Notes: generated by a model not told the origin, from the letters alone. DNA of 39,219 nucleotides from Phycisphaerae bacterium (GCA_028706835.1 JAQTVL010000002.1:1-39219), one strand, 5' to 3'. Shown: positions 24,998 to 32,131, numbered from the stretch's first letter. A program made the numbers and translations.

Positions 24998-25377
24998 CAG
25001 TCGCCGTTCTCTTCCTCATTGGTACCCGGCCCATACAGCCGGTCCAGCCGCTTGTGGATGGCCTGAAAACCGGCCTTCGTGTCCGCCGCCAGCTCTTTGA
25101 CGGCCTCCTGCACGTGCGGCATCTCGATGTCGCGTTGCGTTTCGAGCTTGGTCAGCCGCATGTCGAGCTGCGCGTGCGCCGGACAGATCACGTTGACCGG
25201 CAGCGGCGGCCCGGGCTGCGTCGCGGCGGCGGTCTGTGCCGCGACGCTCGCCGGACCGCGGAACAGGTTGAGCGCCACGGGAGCCAGCTTCGTCAGCACG
25301 CCGCCCAGGATCGCGGCGCCCGTCATGGCGCCGCCCCAGAGTTCCAGGTTCGCCGCTTCACCGAGCAGGGACAGCAT
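24997..25377 (-). CDS. Hypothetical membrane-associated protein (126 aa)
   Basis: Track ORF. ATG preceded by GGAAGGATGCCCGG. Hydrophobic N-terminus (GGAMTGAAILGGVLTKLAPVALNLF) then a helical charged C-terminus. Confidence 0.55.
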   Translation of the reverse strand: MLSLLGEAANLELWGGAMTGAAILGGVLTKLAPVALNLFRGPASVAAQTAAATQPGPPLPVNVICPAHAQLDMRLTKLETQRDIEMPHVQEAVKELAADTKAGFQAIHKRLDRLYGPGTNEEENGD

Positions 25378-26140
25378 CCGGGCATCCTTCCGTGGGGGCT
25401 GGGGCCGCGGCCCGCGCCCGTTTCTCGTCCAGTTTCGCCGACATGGCCTCGAACTGGGCCTGGGCGGCGCGAATCCGTTCCTGCGTCCCGGCGTCGATTT
25501 CCTCGGGTGCGGCGCCCAGCGCCGCCAGGCCCTTGAGCCCGGTCTCCATCGCCAGGACCACCAGCCCCGTCGCCGAAGCCGCGGCGCGCACGTTGGTGTC
25601 GGTGCTCCGCCCGCTGGTCGCCAGGGCCATCAGCTCGTCCGCGATCTGGCCCATCACGCCGCCGCCGAACACCCCGACGAACGCCAGCACGCAGCGGTAC
25701 AGGTGCGCGAGCAGCGGCGCCGGTGCCCCGCGGTGGCGGGCCATCTCGGGCGCGAGCTGGAGCACGCGCAGCATCGGCTTGAGAATGCTCTCGACCGCCC
25801 GAATCCGCACCCGCGGGGCGGGGATGGCGTCCTCACGCGGCGGCACCTTGTTTTTCGCCCGCCAGTAGGCGTCGCCTTCGAGCACAATCGCCCTGAGGTG
25901 CTCGCCGAGCTGGCGGAAGCGTTCCGGCTCCAAGGCCCCGAAGAAATCGAGCAAGTGCGCCCCGGCGGCGGCGACGTTATGCGCCGACAGCTCGCCGGCC
26001 GTGAGCTTCGCGAGCACGCGCTCCAGGTCCTGGGCGGTCTCGACCCGCGGCCGGGGCGGCGGCGGCCAGACGCCGGCATAGCCGTTAGACCGGGCTTTCT
26101 GCTCGGCGAGGGCGGTCGGGTTGTCGTTCGCTGCGCTCAT
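25358..26140 (-). CDS. Hypothetical protein (260 aa); small-terminase role possible by position only
   Basis: Track ORF with balanced composition, upstream of terL. No recognisable motif. Confidence 0.5.
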   Translation of the reverse strand: MSAANDNPTALAEQKARSNGYAGVWPPPPRPRVETAQDLERVLAKLTAGELSAHNVAAAGAHLLDFFGALEPERFRQLGEHLRAIVLEGDAYWRAKNKVPPREDAIPAPRVRIRAVESILKPMLRVLQLAPEMARHRGAPAPLLAHLYRCVLAFVGVFGGGVMGQIADELMALATSGRSTDTNVRAAASATGLVVLAMETGLKGLAALGAAPEEIDAGTQERIRAAQAQFEAMSAKLDEKRARAAAPAPTEGCPDAVPAR

Positions 26141-26153
26141 AGGGGCCTAGGAT

Positions 26154-26408
26154 TCATTGACTCTCATCTTCGCCCTGGATACGCACTTCGGTTGCCACGT
26201 GTTCGGCCGTGGCATCGTGCGCAATCAGCAGGCCCAGACCACCGCACATCACGGTGTTGCCTTTCCAGCGCCGAATGTACCTGCTCTGATCGTCGGTCAA
26301 GGCCTGGTACGCCGAAAAGACCACGTGATCGAAGCGCGCAAACAGCGCCGCGATCAGTTCGTCGGTCGCAAGCAAGTCGACGTCGGGTTTTTGTGCTCCA
26401 GCGCTCAT
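26154..26408 (-). CDS. Hypothetical protein (84 aa)
   Basis: Track ORF. ATG preceded by GAGGACGCCCAG. Confidence 0.5.
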   Translation of the reverse strand: MSAGAQKPDVDLLATDELIAALFARFDHVVFSAYQALTDDQSRYIRRWKGNTVMCGGLGLLIAHDATAEHVATEVRIQGEDESQ

Positions 26409-26451
26409 CTGGGCGTCCTCGGCGCTCTTGGCGTCTTGGCGGTGGACTTTC

Positions 26452-26808
26452 CTACGGCGACCCGCTCAAAACGCGTTCAGTCTTGTGCAGGTCGGTCTCG
26501 ACTTCGTGCCAGGTGCCCGGCGTGCCGGTCTCGTCGAACGGGACGTTGCTGGTCGTCTCGCGCGTCAGCGTCCAGCCGCTGGAGTTGCCCGGCGGCAAGA
26601 GGTCGTGGACCGGGTCGTACTGCACGGCCAGGTTGACCGTCTGGCCGTCCACGGCGACCGACGTCACGAGCGCGGCGACGTGCGCCCCGGGGCTCGGGCT
26701 CGCGGCGGGTCGCACAAAATGGACCGGGCACCCGATGTACAGGTTGACCGGCGCCGCGTCGTCGCGTTCGCCGCCGCCCCCGAGCAAAAGCAGGCTGCCA
26801 GGAATCAT
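26452..26808 (-). CDS. Hypothetical protein (118 aa)
   Basis: Track ORF. ATG preceded by GAGGATGGAACC. Confidence 0.55.
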   Translation of the reverse strand: MIPGSLLLLGGGGERDDAAPVNLYIGCPVHFVRPAASPSPGAHVAALVTSVAVDGQTVNLAVQYDPVHDLLPPGNSSGWTLTRETTSNVPFDETGTPGTWHEVETDLHKTERVLSGSP

Positions 26809-26841
26809 GGTTCCATCCTCACAGGCTCGCGGGTCGCACGG

Positions 26842-28218
26842 TTAGCGCTTGGGCGTGACGACGCGCGCCCCGGTATAGGGCGTACCGTCGATCGTCGCCG
26901 CCCAGTCGATGAACAGCGTCACGCCGGCGGGGATCTGCTCGCCGCTGTCGGTGATCTCCAGCGCCCATAAGCCGCTGCCAGCGCCCGTCTCGGCCAGCGC
27001 TTCGGTCGTCAGCAGCGCGACGCCGGCGGAGGTGGTCACGGTGATCGTGGGTGCGACCACGCCGGTCTTTTTCCAGGCCGCCGTGAGCGCGTTGTGGAAC
27101 ACGACGGCGTAATGGTCGTACGCCGAGGTGTGCAAGGCGACCACGTCGATCAGGTAGTTCAGCATGTCGGCGTGGAACGACGCCGGGGCGATCCCGGCCG
27201 TAGCGGGGTTGGCGGCCAAGGTCGTGCCCAAGGCGGCCAGGGCGGAAGCGGCATCGGCGGCGGCGGCCGTGGCCTGGGTGGCGGCCGTACCGGCATCGGT
27301 AACGATCGTATCGACCTTGCCGTCTGTGACCGCGAGCGCGGCGGCCGTCGCCGCGAGGTCCACTTTGCCGTCGGTAACGGCGAGCGCCGCGGCCGTCGCC
27401 GCGAGGTCCACTTTGCCGTCGGTGACGGCGAGCGCGGCGGCCGTCGCCGCGAGGTCCACTTTGCCGTCGGTGACGGCGAGCGCCGCGGCCGTCGCGGCGA
27501 GGTCGACCTTGCCGTCCGTGACGGCGAGCGCCGCGGCGGTGGCCGCGAGGTCGACTTTCCCTTCGACAGTGGTCAGGGCCGCGGCGGTGGCGGCGGCAGC
27601 CAAGAGCGCAGCATCCGCCGTAGCCAACTGGGTGGCCGCCCCTTCCACGCTGAACGACGCCAGCGCCGCGCTGTGCGGATTGCCGCCGATGGTCAGGATC
27701 AGACCGATCAGGGCATACTGTCCGCCGGAGACATAGAAGGCGTCGCGGGGGGCGCCCTTGGGCGTGAGGTCGATGTAGCCTGCCGCGACTTCCGCATCCG
27801 GCATGCCGCTGGTGGCCTTGACGTTCGGATCGCACAACGCCACGGACCCGCCCGTCGTGTACGGGGTGAACCCGGACGAGTCGATGGCCACCGTGATCGT
27901 GTCGCCGGTCACGTTGGTGATTTCGCCCCACAGCCCGTTGATTTCGACCATGCCTTGGACGTTGGCGAAGAGGATGAAATCGCCGATGGCGAAAGCACTG
28001 GGCGCGCCGACCTGCACGACGGCGGCCCCCGCCTTGCTGATCGCCAGGATGCTCTCGGTGGCGGCGGGGTACAGGCGGACCACCGCCAGCTTGTCCTGCC
28101 AACTGGCCGGCAGATCCTCACTGCCGGCCGCCCCGCGCGCCGCCAGGCCAAACGGCAACCGCGTGCTGGGGGGAAAACTGCCTAAAAACGGTCCGGCGTA
28201 CAGTGCGGTTTCGCCCAT
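26842..28218 (-). CDS. Repeat-containing fibre/decoration-like structural protein (458 aa)
   Basis: The ATG has an AAGGAG RBS. The N-terminal FANVQGMVEINGLWGEITNVTGDTITVAIDSSGFTPYTTGGS resembles the small beta-barrel (E1 FCCH-like) module common in phage fibre/decoration proteins (from memory). Central (GKVDLAATAAALAVTD)x5. Confidence 0.65.
   Translation of the reverse strand: MGETALYAGPFLGSFPPSTRLPFGLAARGAAGSEDLPASWQDKLAVVRLYPAATESILAISKAGAAVVQVGAPSAFAIGDFILFANVQGMVEINGLWGEITNVTGDTITVAIDSSGFTPYTTGGSVALCDPNVKATSGMPDAEVAAGYIDLTPKGAPRDAFYVSGGQYALIGLILTIGGNPHSAALASFSVEGAATQLATADAALLAAAATAAALTTVEGKVDLAATAAALAVTDGKVDLAATAAALAVTDGKVDLAATAAALAVTDGKVDLAATAAALAVTDGKVDLAATAAALAVTDGKVDTIVTDAGTAATQATAAAADAASALAALGTTLAANPATAGIAPASFHADMLNYLIDVVALHTSAYDHYAVVFHNALTAAWKKTGVVAPTITVTTSAGVALLTTEALAETGAGSGLWALEITDSGEQIPAGVTLFIDWAATIDGTPYTGARVVTPKR
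27310..27597 (-). repeat. 48-bp tandem repeat, 5 near-identical units plus 1 degenerate unit, in frame (16-aa repeat)
   Basis: Units start at 27310, 27358, 27406, 27454 and 27502 (GTCCACTTTGCCGTCGGTGACGGCGAGCGCCGCGGCCGTCGCCGCGAG type). The degenerate unit is 27550-27597. Confidence 0.85.
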
Positions 28219-28267
28219 GGCTACGCTCCTTCTGAAAGCTCAAAGCTCGAATTTTGGATCGTGCGAT

Positions 28268-28340
28268 TAGCCGGGGCGGGACTCGAACCCGCAACCTCGT
28301 GGTTATGAGCCACGCGAGCTGCCAATTGCTCTACCCAGCA
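28268..28340 (-). tRNA. tRNA with CAU anticodon (Met); initiator-like identity elements; CCA not encoded
   Basis: Manual cloverleaf: UGCUGGG UA GAGC AAUUGGCA GCUC G CGUGG CUCAUAA CCACG AGGUU GCGGG UUCGAGU CCCGC CCCGGCU A. All four arms pair except 1:72 (U/U). G18 G19 and the T-loop UUCGAGU are present. Confidence 0.8.
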
Positions 28341-28364
28341 TCCGTTCATCGTTCGTCCAAACTG

Positions 28365-28399
28365 GGTCCCGGCGGGGCTGGCTCTCCAGGGCCGGGACC
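28365..28399 (-). other. 9-bp stem hairpin (GGTCCCGGC/GCCGGGACC) between the DHH gene stop and the tRNA
   Basis: Inverted repeat read directly. Possible terminator or processing structure. No U-tract. Confidence 0.3.
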
Positions 28400-28415
28400 A
28401 CGCACACGGCAAAGT

Positions 28416-29591
28416 TCACCGCCATTTGCTTTTTTTCGCGCCGCCGCGCGCGGCCTCTTTGGGGGTCGCGCCTTCGGCCGGGGCGGCGGTCCGTGCCGCC
28501 CCGGCGTCCGGCGCCGTCGTCACTGGGAGCTCGACGGCGACATCCGGGGCGGCCGGAGCCGCCCCGGCGTCGCACTCTTTTGGCGCATCGCCAAGTGAAT
28601 TTTGAACCGGGACCGCATCCGGCGCGACAGTCAGCGCCGGCGCGGCCCCGGGGGCGGTCAGTTCTTCGGGTTTCTTATCCAGGGGACAGATGATTTCATT
28701 CAGGAATAGCAGGCCATGCGTCAACCCGTACCGGAAGCTGGCCGCCGTCGCATGGCCCCCGCCACCGTGCCGCTTCGCGAGCGCCCCCACGTCGAATTCG
28801 TTGCGCCGGCTGCGTAGCTCAAAGGTCACTTCGTCCGCGTGAATCACCGCGACCACGGCGAATTCCGCCCCCGGATTCTGGTCGAGCATCCGGTGCGCCA
28901 GATCGGAGGCCTGAAAATGGCTCGCGCAGGCCACGATCACGTCATACGCCTCGGGGTCGGCGTCCGGCGTTCCGCACAGGCCATCCGACGCCGGTGTTTC
29001 AGTCTGAAACACGCCGGCCCAGGCCTGGAGCGCCAGGAGTCCGATCTGCCGCTGGTACGCCCGCCAGATCGCCCGGCCTTCGCTGCGCAGGCTCTCCAGG
29101 CTGCCCAGCAGGTGCTCGGCGGTGTCGAGCGCGAAGTCGTAGCTGGCCAGGGCCGCGTTGATCTCATGGCTGTCGGGCAGCTCGAATTTCCACAGGTCGC
29201 GGTCCTCGACGTAGGCCAGCAGCTCGGGCAGCGGCTCGGCCGGCCGCAGAAAAGACCACGCCAGCACGCAGGCCGCGTGCGTGGGGTCGTAGACCACCTG
29301 CACGTTCTCCGGCCGCGGCCCGGCGTAGTCGAGCGCGCAGCTCGCGTGGTGGTCGATGACCAGCACGGCCGCGGCCTCGGCGCCGAGCCGGGTCACTTCG
29401 GCGAACGACTGCCCCAGGTCGAGCACCACAACGGCCTGCCCTTTGGAAATCGGCGGCAAGGGCACGCCGGCCCGCCAGGGGGTGTAGTCGGCGTCCCGGC
29501 GATAGCCGCGGTAGGCCGCGTACGCGGCCCACTGCCCGTCGGGGTCGTCGTGATAAAACACCTGCGTGACTTTGGCGTCGGCGACGTTCAT
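28416..29591 (-). CDS. DHH/DHHA1-family phosphoesterase (391 aa) with an Ala/Pro-rich C-terminal tail
   Basis: Motifs in order: VFYHDDPDG (DxD), VVLDLG, VLVIDHH (DHH), YVEDRDLWKF, and the DHHA1 signature KRHGGGGHATAASF. ATG at 29591 in an ATGA overlap with the upstream gene. Confidence 0.8.
   Translation of the reverse strand: MNVADAKVTQVFYHDDPDGQWAAYAAYRGYRRDADYTPWRAGVPLPPISKGQAVVVLDLGQSFAEVTRLGAEAAAVLVIDHHASCALDYAGPRPENVQVVYDPTHAACVLAWSFLRPAEPLPELLAYVEDRDLWKFELPDSHEINAALASYDFALDTAEHLLGSLESLRSEGRAIWRAYQRQIGLLALQAWAGVFQTETPASDGLCGTPDADPEAYDVIVACASHFQASDLAHRMLDQNPGAEFAVVAVIHADEVTFELRSRRNEFDVGALAKRHGGGGHATAASFRYGLTHGLLFLNEIICPLDKKPEELTAPGAAPALTVAPDAVPVQNSLGDAPKECDAGAAPAAPDVAVELPVTTAPDAGAARTAAPAEGATPKEAARGGAKKSKWR
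28994..29012. promoter_or_regulatory. parS-like palindrome copy 3: GTGTTTCA-GTC-TGAAACAC (8-bp arms), inside the DHH gene
   Basis: Read directly. Falls in the linker between the DHH and DHHA1 halves (translated AGVFQTETP). Confidence 0.4.
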
Positions 29592-30340
29592 GGTTCCCTC
29601 GCGGTCGTTGGGTTCAGGGTGCGGGGTTCCGGGTTCAGGTTTTCGTCATCGCCCGGGTCCTCTGCGCCGCCCCAGCGCTGGCGGTAGCGTTCGGCGTGTT
29701 CGCAGGTGCCTAAAATTCCTTCCCGCCGCAGTTCGTCGTCGCGCTCCTGCTCGATGTCCCGCGGGTCGTAGGCCCCTGCGTCCTCCGCGGCCTCGGTGGT
29801 TTGCCTTTTTCGTTCGGGCGGCGACTTCGCCCGCAGGCCCAACGGACGCCAGACCAGGGCGTACGTCAGTCCGCCGCCGAACATGAGCACCAGCGCCGCG
29901 AGCACGCCGATGGTCACGAGCGTGGTGAGGCTGTCCGAGTCGCCGAAAATCTGTCCCAGCCCCTGGGCCTTGGCCGTGCTGTGGTCGCGGGCCGTGGGCT
30001 CCTGCGCCGCGCTCAGGGCCAGGTGGAATTCGGCGGCATAGCGGCTGGCGATGTTGACCAGCCCCGCCTGAAAGTCCGGGTCGGCGAGCAACGTCTGCAG
30101 GGTCGCCGCGATGTTGCCCTGCCCCGACTGCGCCGTGTTCGTTTCCTGGGGCTGTGGCACCGCCGCCCCGGCGGTGTTTTCCGGCCGCGGGGTAATGGCG
30201 GCCGTGCCGGACCGGAGCCCGGCACAGCCCACCAACGCGGAACCCAACGTCACCAGGAAGCAGAATAGGGCCACAGATCGCACGGATTTACACCGATCGG
30301 AGTTCGTTCTTTCGGTTCTGATCCGTGTCATCCGTGTCAT
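29588..30340 (-). CDS. Lipoprotein with a C-terminal TM segment (up to 250 aa; true start uncertain)
   Basis: LVTLGSALVGCAG lipobox after a basic n-region. A later hydrophobic stretch VTIGVLAALVLMFGGGLTYALVW. Candidate starts at ATG 30340, ATG 30331 or a downstream GTG. Confidence 0.6.
   Translation of the reverse strand: MTRMTRIRTERTNSDRCKSVRSVALFCFLVTLGSALVGCAGLRSGTAAITPRPENTAGAAVPQPQETNTAQSGQGNIAATLQTLLADPDFQAGLVNIASRYAAEFHLALSAAQEPTARDHSTAKAQGLGQIFGDSDSLTTLVTIGVLAALVLMFGGGLTYALVWRPLGLRAKSPPERKRQTTEAAEDAGAYDPRDIEQERDDELRREGILGTCEHAERYRQRWGGAEDPGDDENLNPEPRTLNPTTAREP
29610..29644 (-). repeat. Heptamer array D (degenerate): plus strand GGGTTCA GGGTGCG GGGTTCC GGGTTCA GGTTTTC
   Basis: Read directly, 19-50 nt upstream of the DHH ATG. 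Here it is embedded in the last codons of the lipoprotein ORF (..ENLNPEPRTLNP..). Confidence 0.45.
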
Positions 30341-30355
30341 CCGTGGCTAGTCGTC

Positions 30356-30814
30356 TTAATTTTCACCCGGGGCGCCGTTCGCGGTCTGGGGTTTCTGGTC
30401 ATGGGGTGCAAGCGGGGGCGGCGCTCCGGGTGTCGGAGGGGAGGAAGAAGCGTCGTGGGCCGCCAGGGCCTTCTCGACCGCGGCGGCGATTAGCTCTTCG
30501 AGTCCGGCGGGCGGCAGATTGTCCGCCGGGTCGATCGTCAGGTCGGCGTCCCAGTTCACCCCCAGCGACAGCACGAACGGCCCGAAGATCATCGGCCCAC
30601 CGTGCAGGTGTAGCCGGCCCTTGAGGCCCAGGGCCTCGGCCCGCTTGGCGAACAGGAGCTGGTCGGCGTAGGGCACCTGCACGCTGTTCGGGTCGTCGGG
30701 ATGGGCCGAGACCGTCGTGACCTCCCCCCAGCTTTTGCAACCGGGTAGAAACCCCAGGAGCAACGCACAAAGCAAGCCACAAGTCCCGATCGCGCGCCAC
30801 AGGTGGGGTCGCAT
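30356..30814 (-). CDS. Lipoprotein (152 aa from the ATG at 30814)
   Basis: MRPHLWRAIGTCGLLCALLLGFLPGC has a signal peptide and lipobox. The ATG is preceded by GGAGGTACGACCC. The track extension to 30853 is unnecessary. Confidence 0.6.
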   Translation of the reverse strand: MRPHLWRAIGTCGLLCALLLGFLPGCKSWGEVTTVSAHPDDPNSVQVPYADQLLFAKRAEALGLKGRLHLHGGPMIFGPFVLSLGVNWDADLTIDPADNLPPAGLEELIAAAVEKALAAHDASSSPPTPGAPPPLAPHDQKPQTANGAPGEN

Positions 30815-30970
30815 GGGTCGTACCTCCGCAAGCCGTTGGGTTTCTGGTCTCACGGGGGCGACGGTATGCCGTCACGGGCGGGGCGTGTCTAGCCCAAAAA
30901 TGGGCGTCCAGCTCAAAACCCCCCTAATTCGTCCCTACCGACGTATCCTAAGTGCAGCGGGACAGGCGGT

Positions 30971-31615
30971 TTAGAAAATATCGCGCCCCAATGCAAAGAA
31001 TTTGCGAATCTGGCCCGCCAGGTGCTTGCACCGCCCCCAAACGCTCCCGGGCAGCGGGTGCCAGGCCGACGGCTGTTCGCGTCGGCATGTGGGGGGTGCC
31101 AGGCCGACGGCCGTTCGCGTCGGCATGCCTTCCACGACCCCCCAAGTCCCGAACGTTTTGGCAAACTGGGCCACGCGCGGCCCGTGGTACACGAGCATGG
31201 ACCCCGACGGCGCCCCCTCGGTATAGCCCGCGAAGGCGATGCGTCCGCGAATATACACCCGCGGCCAGCCGGCCAGGGCGGCGAACCATGCGGTATCGGT
31301 CCGCGCCGCGAGCAACGCCAGGGCTTCCCGGGGACTGGCTCCGGCGTACTCGGCGGTGCCTGTTCCCGTCTTGACCCACGCCACCAGCGCCGCGACCCCC
31401 GGGCCGGTCTGGCCCTTGTCCGGCACGAACAGTTGCCGCGCGGGCCCGGCGGCGAGGGCGGCACTCGACCCCGTAGTCCCCCAGAGACCGGGAGCGGAGT
31501 CGAAGAACGCGGACAGCGCGGCGGCGAGCGATCGCGGTAAGCGCGCCACCCCGTCCCCCAACGGAGCCGCACACGGTCGCATATCCAGGGGCAGCAGTGG
31601 GTCGGGATCGGGCAT
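30971..31615 (-). CDS. Phage Dam (N6-adenine methyltransferase)-family-like protein with an unrecognisable catalytic motif (214 aa)
   Basis: ALLAARTDTAWF and RVYIRGRIAFAGY....GSMLVY resemble the conserved LLPARTDT.WF and GR..F.....GS..v. blocks of the phage Dam family (from memory). VPDKG stands where (D/N)PPY is expected. The 3' end contains a 38-bp tandem duplication. Confidence 0.45.
   Translation of the reverse strand: MPDPDPLLPLDMRPCAAPLGDGVARLPRSLAAALSAFFDSAPGLWGTTGSSAALAAGPARQLFVPDKGQTGPGVAALVAWVKTGTGTAEYAGASPREALALLAARTDTAWFAALAGWPRVYIRGRIAFAGYTEGAPSGSMLVYHGPRVAQFAKTFGTWGVVEGMPTRTAVGLAPPTCRREQPSAWHPLPGSVWGRCKHLAGQIRKFFALGRDIF
31056..31127. repeat. 38-bp tandem duplication; each copy contains a hairpin GCCGACG-N8-CGTCGGC
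   Basis: GGGTGCCAGGCCGACGGCTGTTCGCGTCGGCATG occurs twice (one mismatch). The period is not a multiple of 3, so the two copies are read in different frames of the overlapping ORF. Confidence 0.75.
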
Positions 31616-31628
31616 CGGGGACCGCTTT

Positions 31629-31656
31629 CAGGGTTCAGGGTTCAGTTTTCAGTCGA
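31629..31656 (-). repeat. Heptamer array E: minus strand ..CTGAAAA CTGAACC CTGAACC CTGAAAG
   Basis: Read directly, between the stop of the 53-aa ORF (31659) and the ATG of the Dam-like gene (31615). Confidence 0.65.
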
Positions 31657-31658
31657 TT

Positions 31659-31820
31659 CTAGGCGTACCACTTCTCGATCAGCTCGAACGCCGCACTGAT
31701 CTCCGCATCGTTCACGTATTCAAGGAGGGCGTCATCCGCTTCTTTGTGGGCGCGCTCGCAATCGACGGCGGCAACTTCCTGCAGGTCCTGGAGTTTCTTC
31801 AGCAGTTCGTCTCGGCTCAT
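31659..31820 (-). CDS. Small helical protein (53 aa), first gene of the long minus-strand operon
   Basis: The ATG at 31820 is preceded by AGGAGCTACCCC: MSRDELLKKLQDLQEVAAVDCERAHKEADDALLEYVNDAEISAAFELIEKWYA. The track extension to 31874 is not needed. Confidence 0.55.
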   Translation of the reverse strand: MSRDELLKKLQDLQEVAAVDCERAHKEADDALLEYVNDAEISAAFELIEKWYA

Positions 31821-31845
31821 GGGGTAGCTCCTGACAACTGACACC

Positions 31846-31874
31846 TCTTTACTCGGCAACGGGGCCGAAGGCAA
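31846..31874 (-). promoter_or_regulatory. Promoter candidate for the minus-strand operon: TTGCCT-17 nt-TAAAGA
   Basis: Hexamers read on the minus strand, about 25 nt upstream of the 31820 ATG. Same -35 hexamer as the divergent plus-strand candidate. Confidence 0.3.
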
Positions 31875-31987
31875 GGGGGGCGGGGCGGTAGCCCGGTCTG
31901 CCTATGACGCGACGGCCGACCGGGCTCCCGGGACGTGTCCCCCCCGGGGTCGGGGCGCGCCCGGCGGCGGGGCCGGCGGGCGGGTGC

Positions 31988-32009
31988 CACTGGCAGCGCG
32001 CTGCCAGTG
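31988..32009. promoter_or_regulatory. Perfect 22-bp palindrome CACTGGCAGCG/CGCTGCCAGTG in the divergent region
   Basis: Read directly. Operator or bidirectional hairpin candidate. Confidence 0.45.
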
Positions 32010-32114
32010 CGCCGCGCTTGCGGTGCGGTTTGGGCGCGGCTCAGGCACAGTTCAGACGCAGTTCGGGTGTGCCACGGCTCTTGCGCAGTGGACGCGCAGC
32101 GCGCGGAAGCGGGC

Positions 32115-32131
32115 TGTTTCATTCCGAAACA
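32115..32131. promoter_or_regulatory. parS-like palindrome copy 4 (one inner mismatch): TGTTTCA-TTC-CGAAACA
   Basis: Read directly, in the divergent intergenic region. Confidence 0.35.

Noticed and set aside
23189-26845. 568-aa and 588-aa plus-strand ORFs (23189..24895, 25079..26845)
   Set aside because: They are antisense to terL and to a string of coupled small genes, are Arg/Gly/Pro-rich, and run straight through intergenic repeats.
27310-27597. Possible CRISPR array
   Set aside because: The repeats are contiguous with no spacers, 48 bp long, in frame and inside a coding gene. No cas genes are present in the window.
26819-28185. Alternative frames over the fibre-like gene (26819..28102 minus; 27094..28185 and 27164..27736 plus)
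   Set aside because: Their apparent length is produced by the 48-bp repeat and high GC content, and they are Arg/Gly- or Ala/Ser-homopolymer-like. The chosen frame has an AAGGAG RBS.
28268-28340. tRNA as the integration (att) site
   Set aside because: Phage genes flank it on both sides, it is a complete cloverleaf rather than a duplicated 3' fragment, and it lies more than 5 kb from the integrase.
28221-28412. 63-aa minus-strand ORF
   Set aside because: It is the translation of the tRNA gene and its flanks (..VAHNHEVAGSSPAPAN..).
30913-31574. Two alternative minus-strand frames overlapping the Dam-like gene (219 aa and 208 aa)
   Set aside because: Both are Arg/Gly/Pro-rich. Only the 30971..31615 frame has family-like motifs and a start next to heptamer array E.
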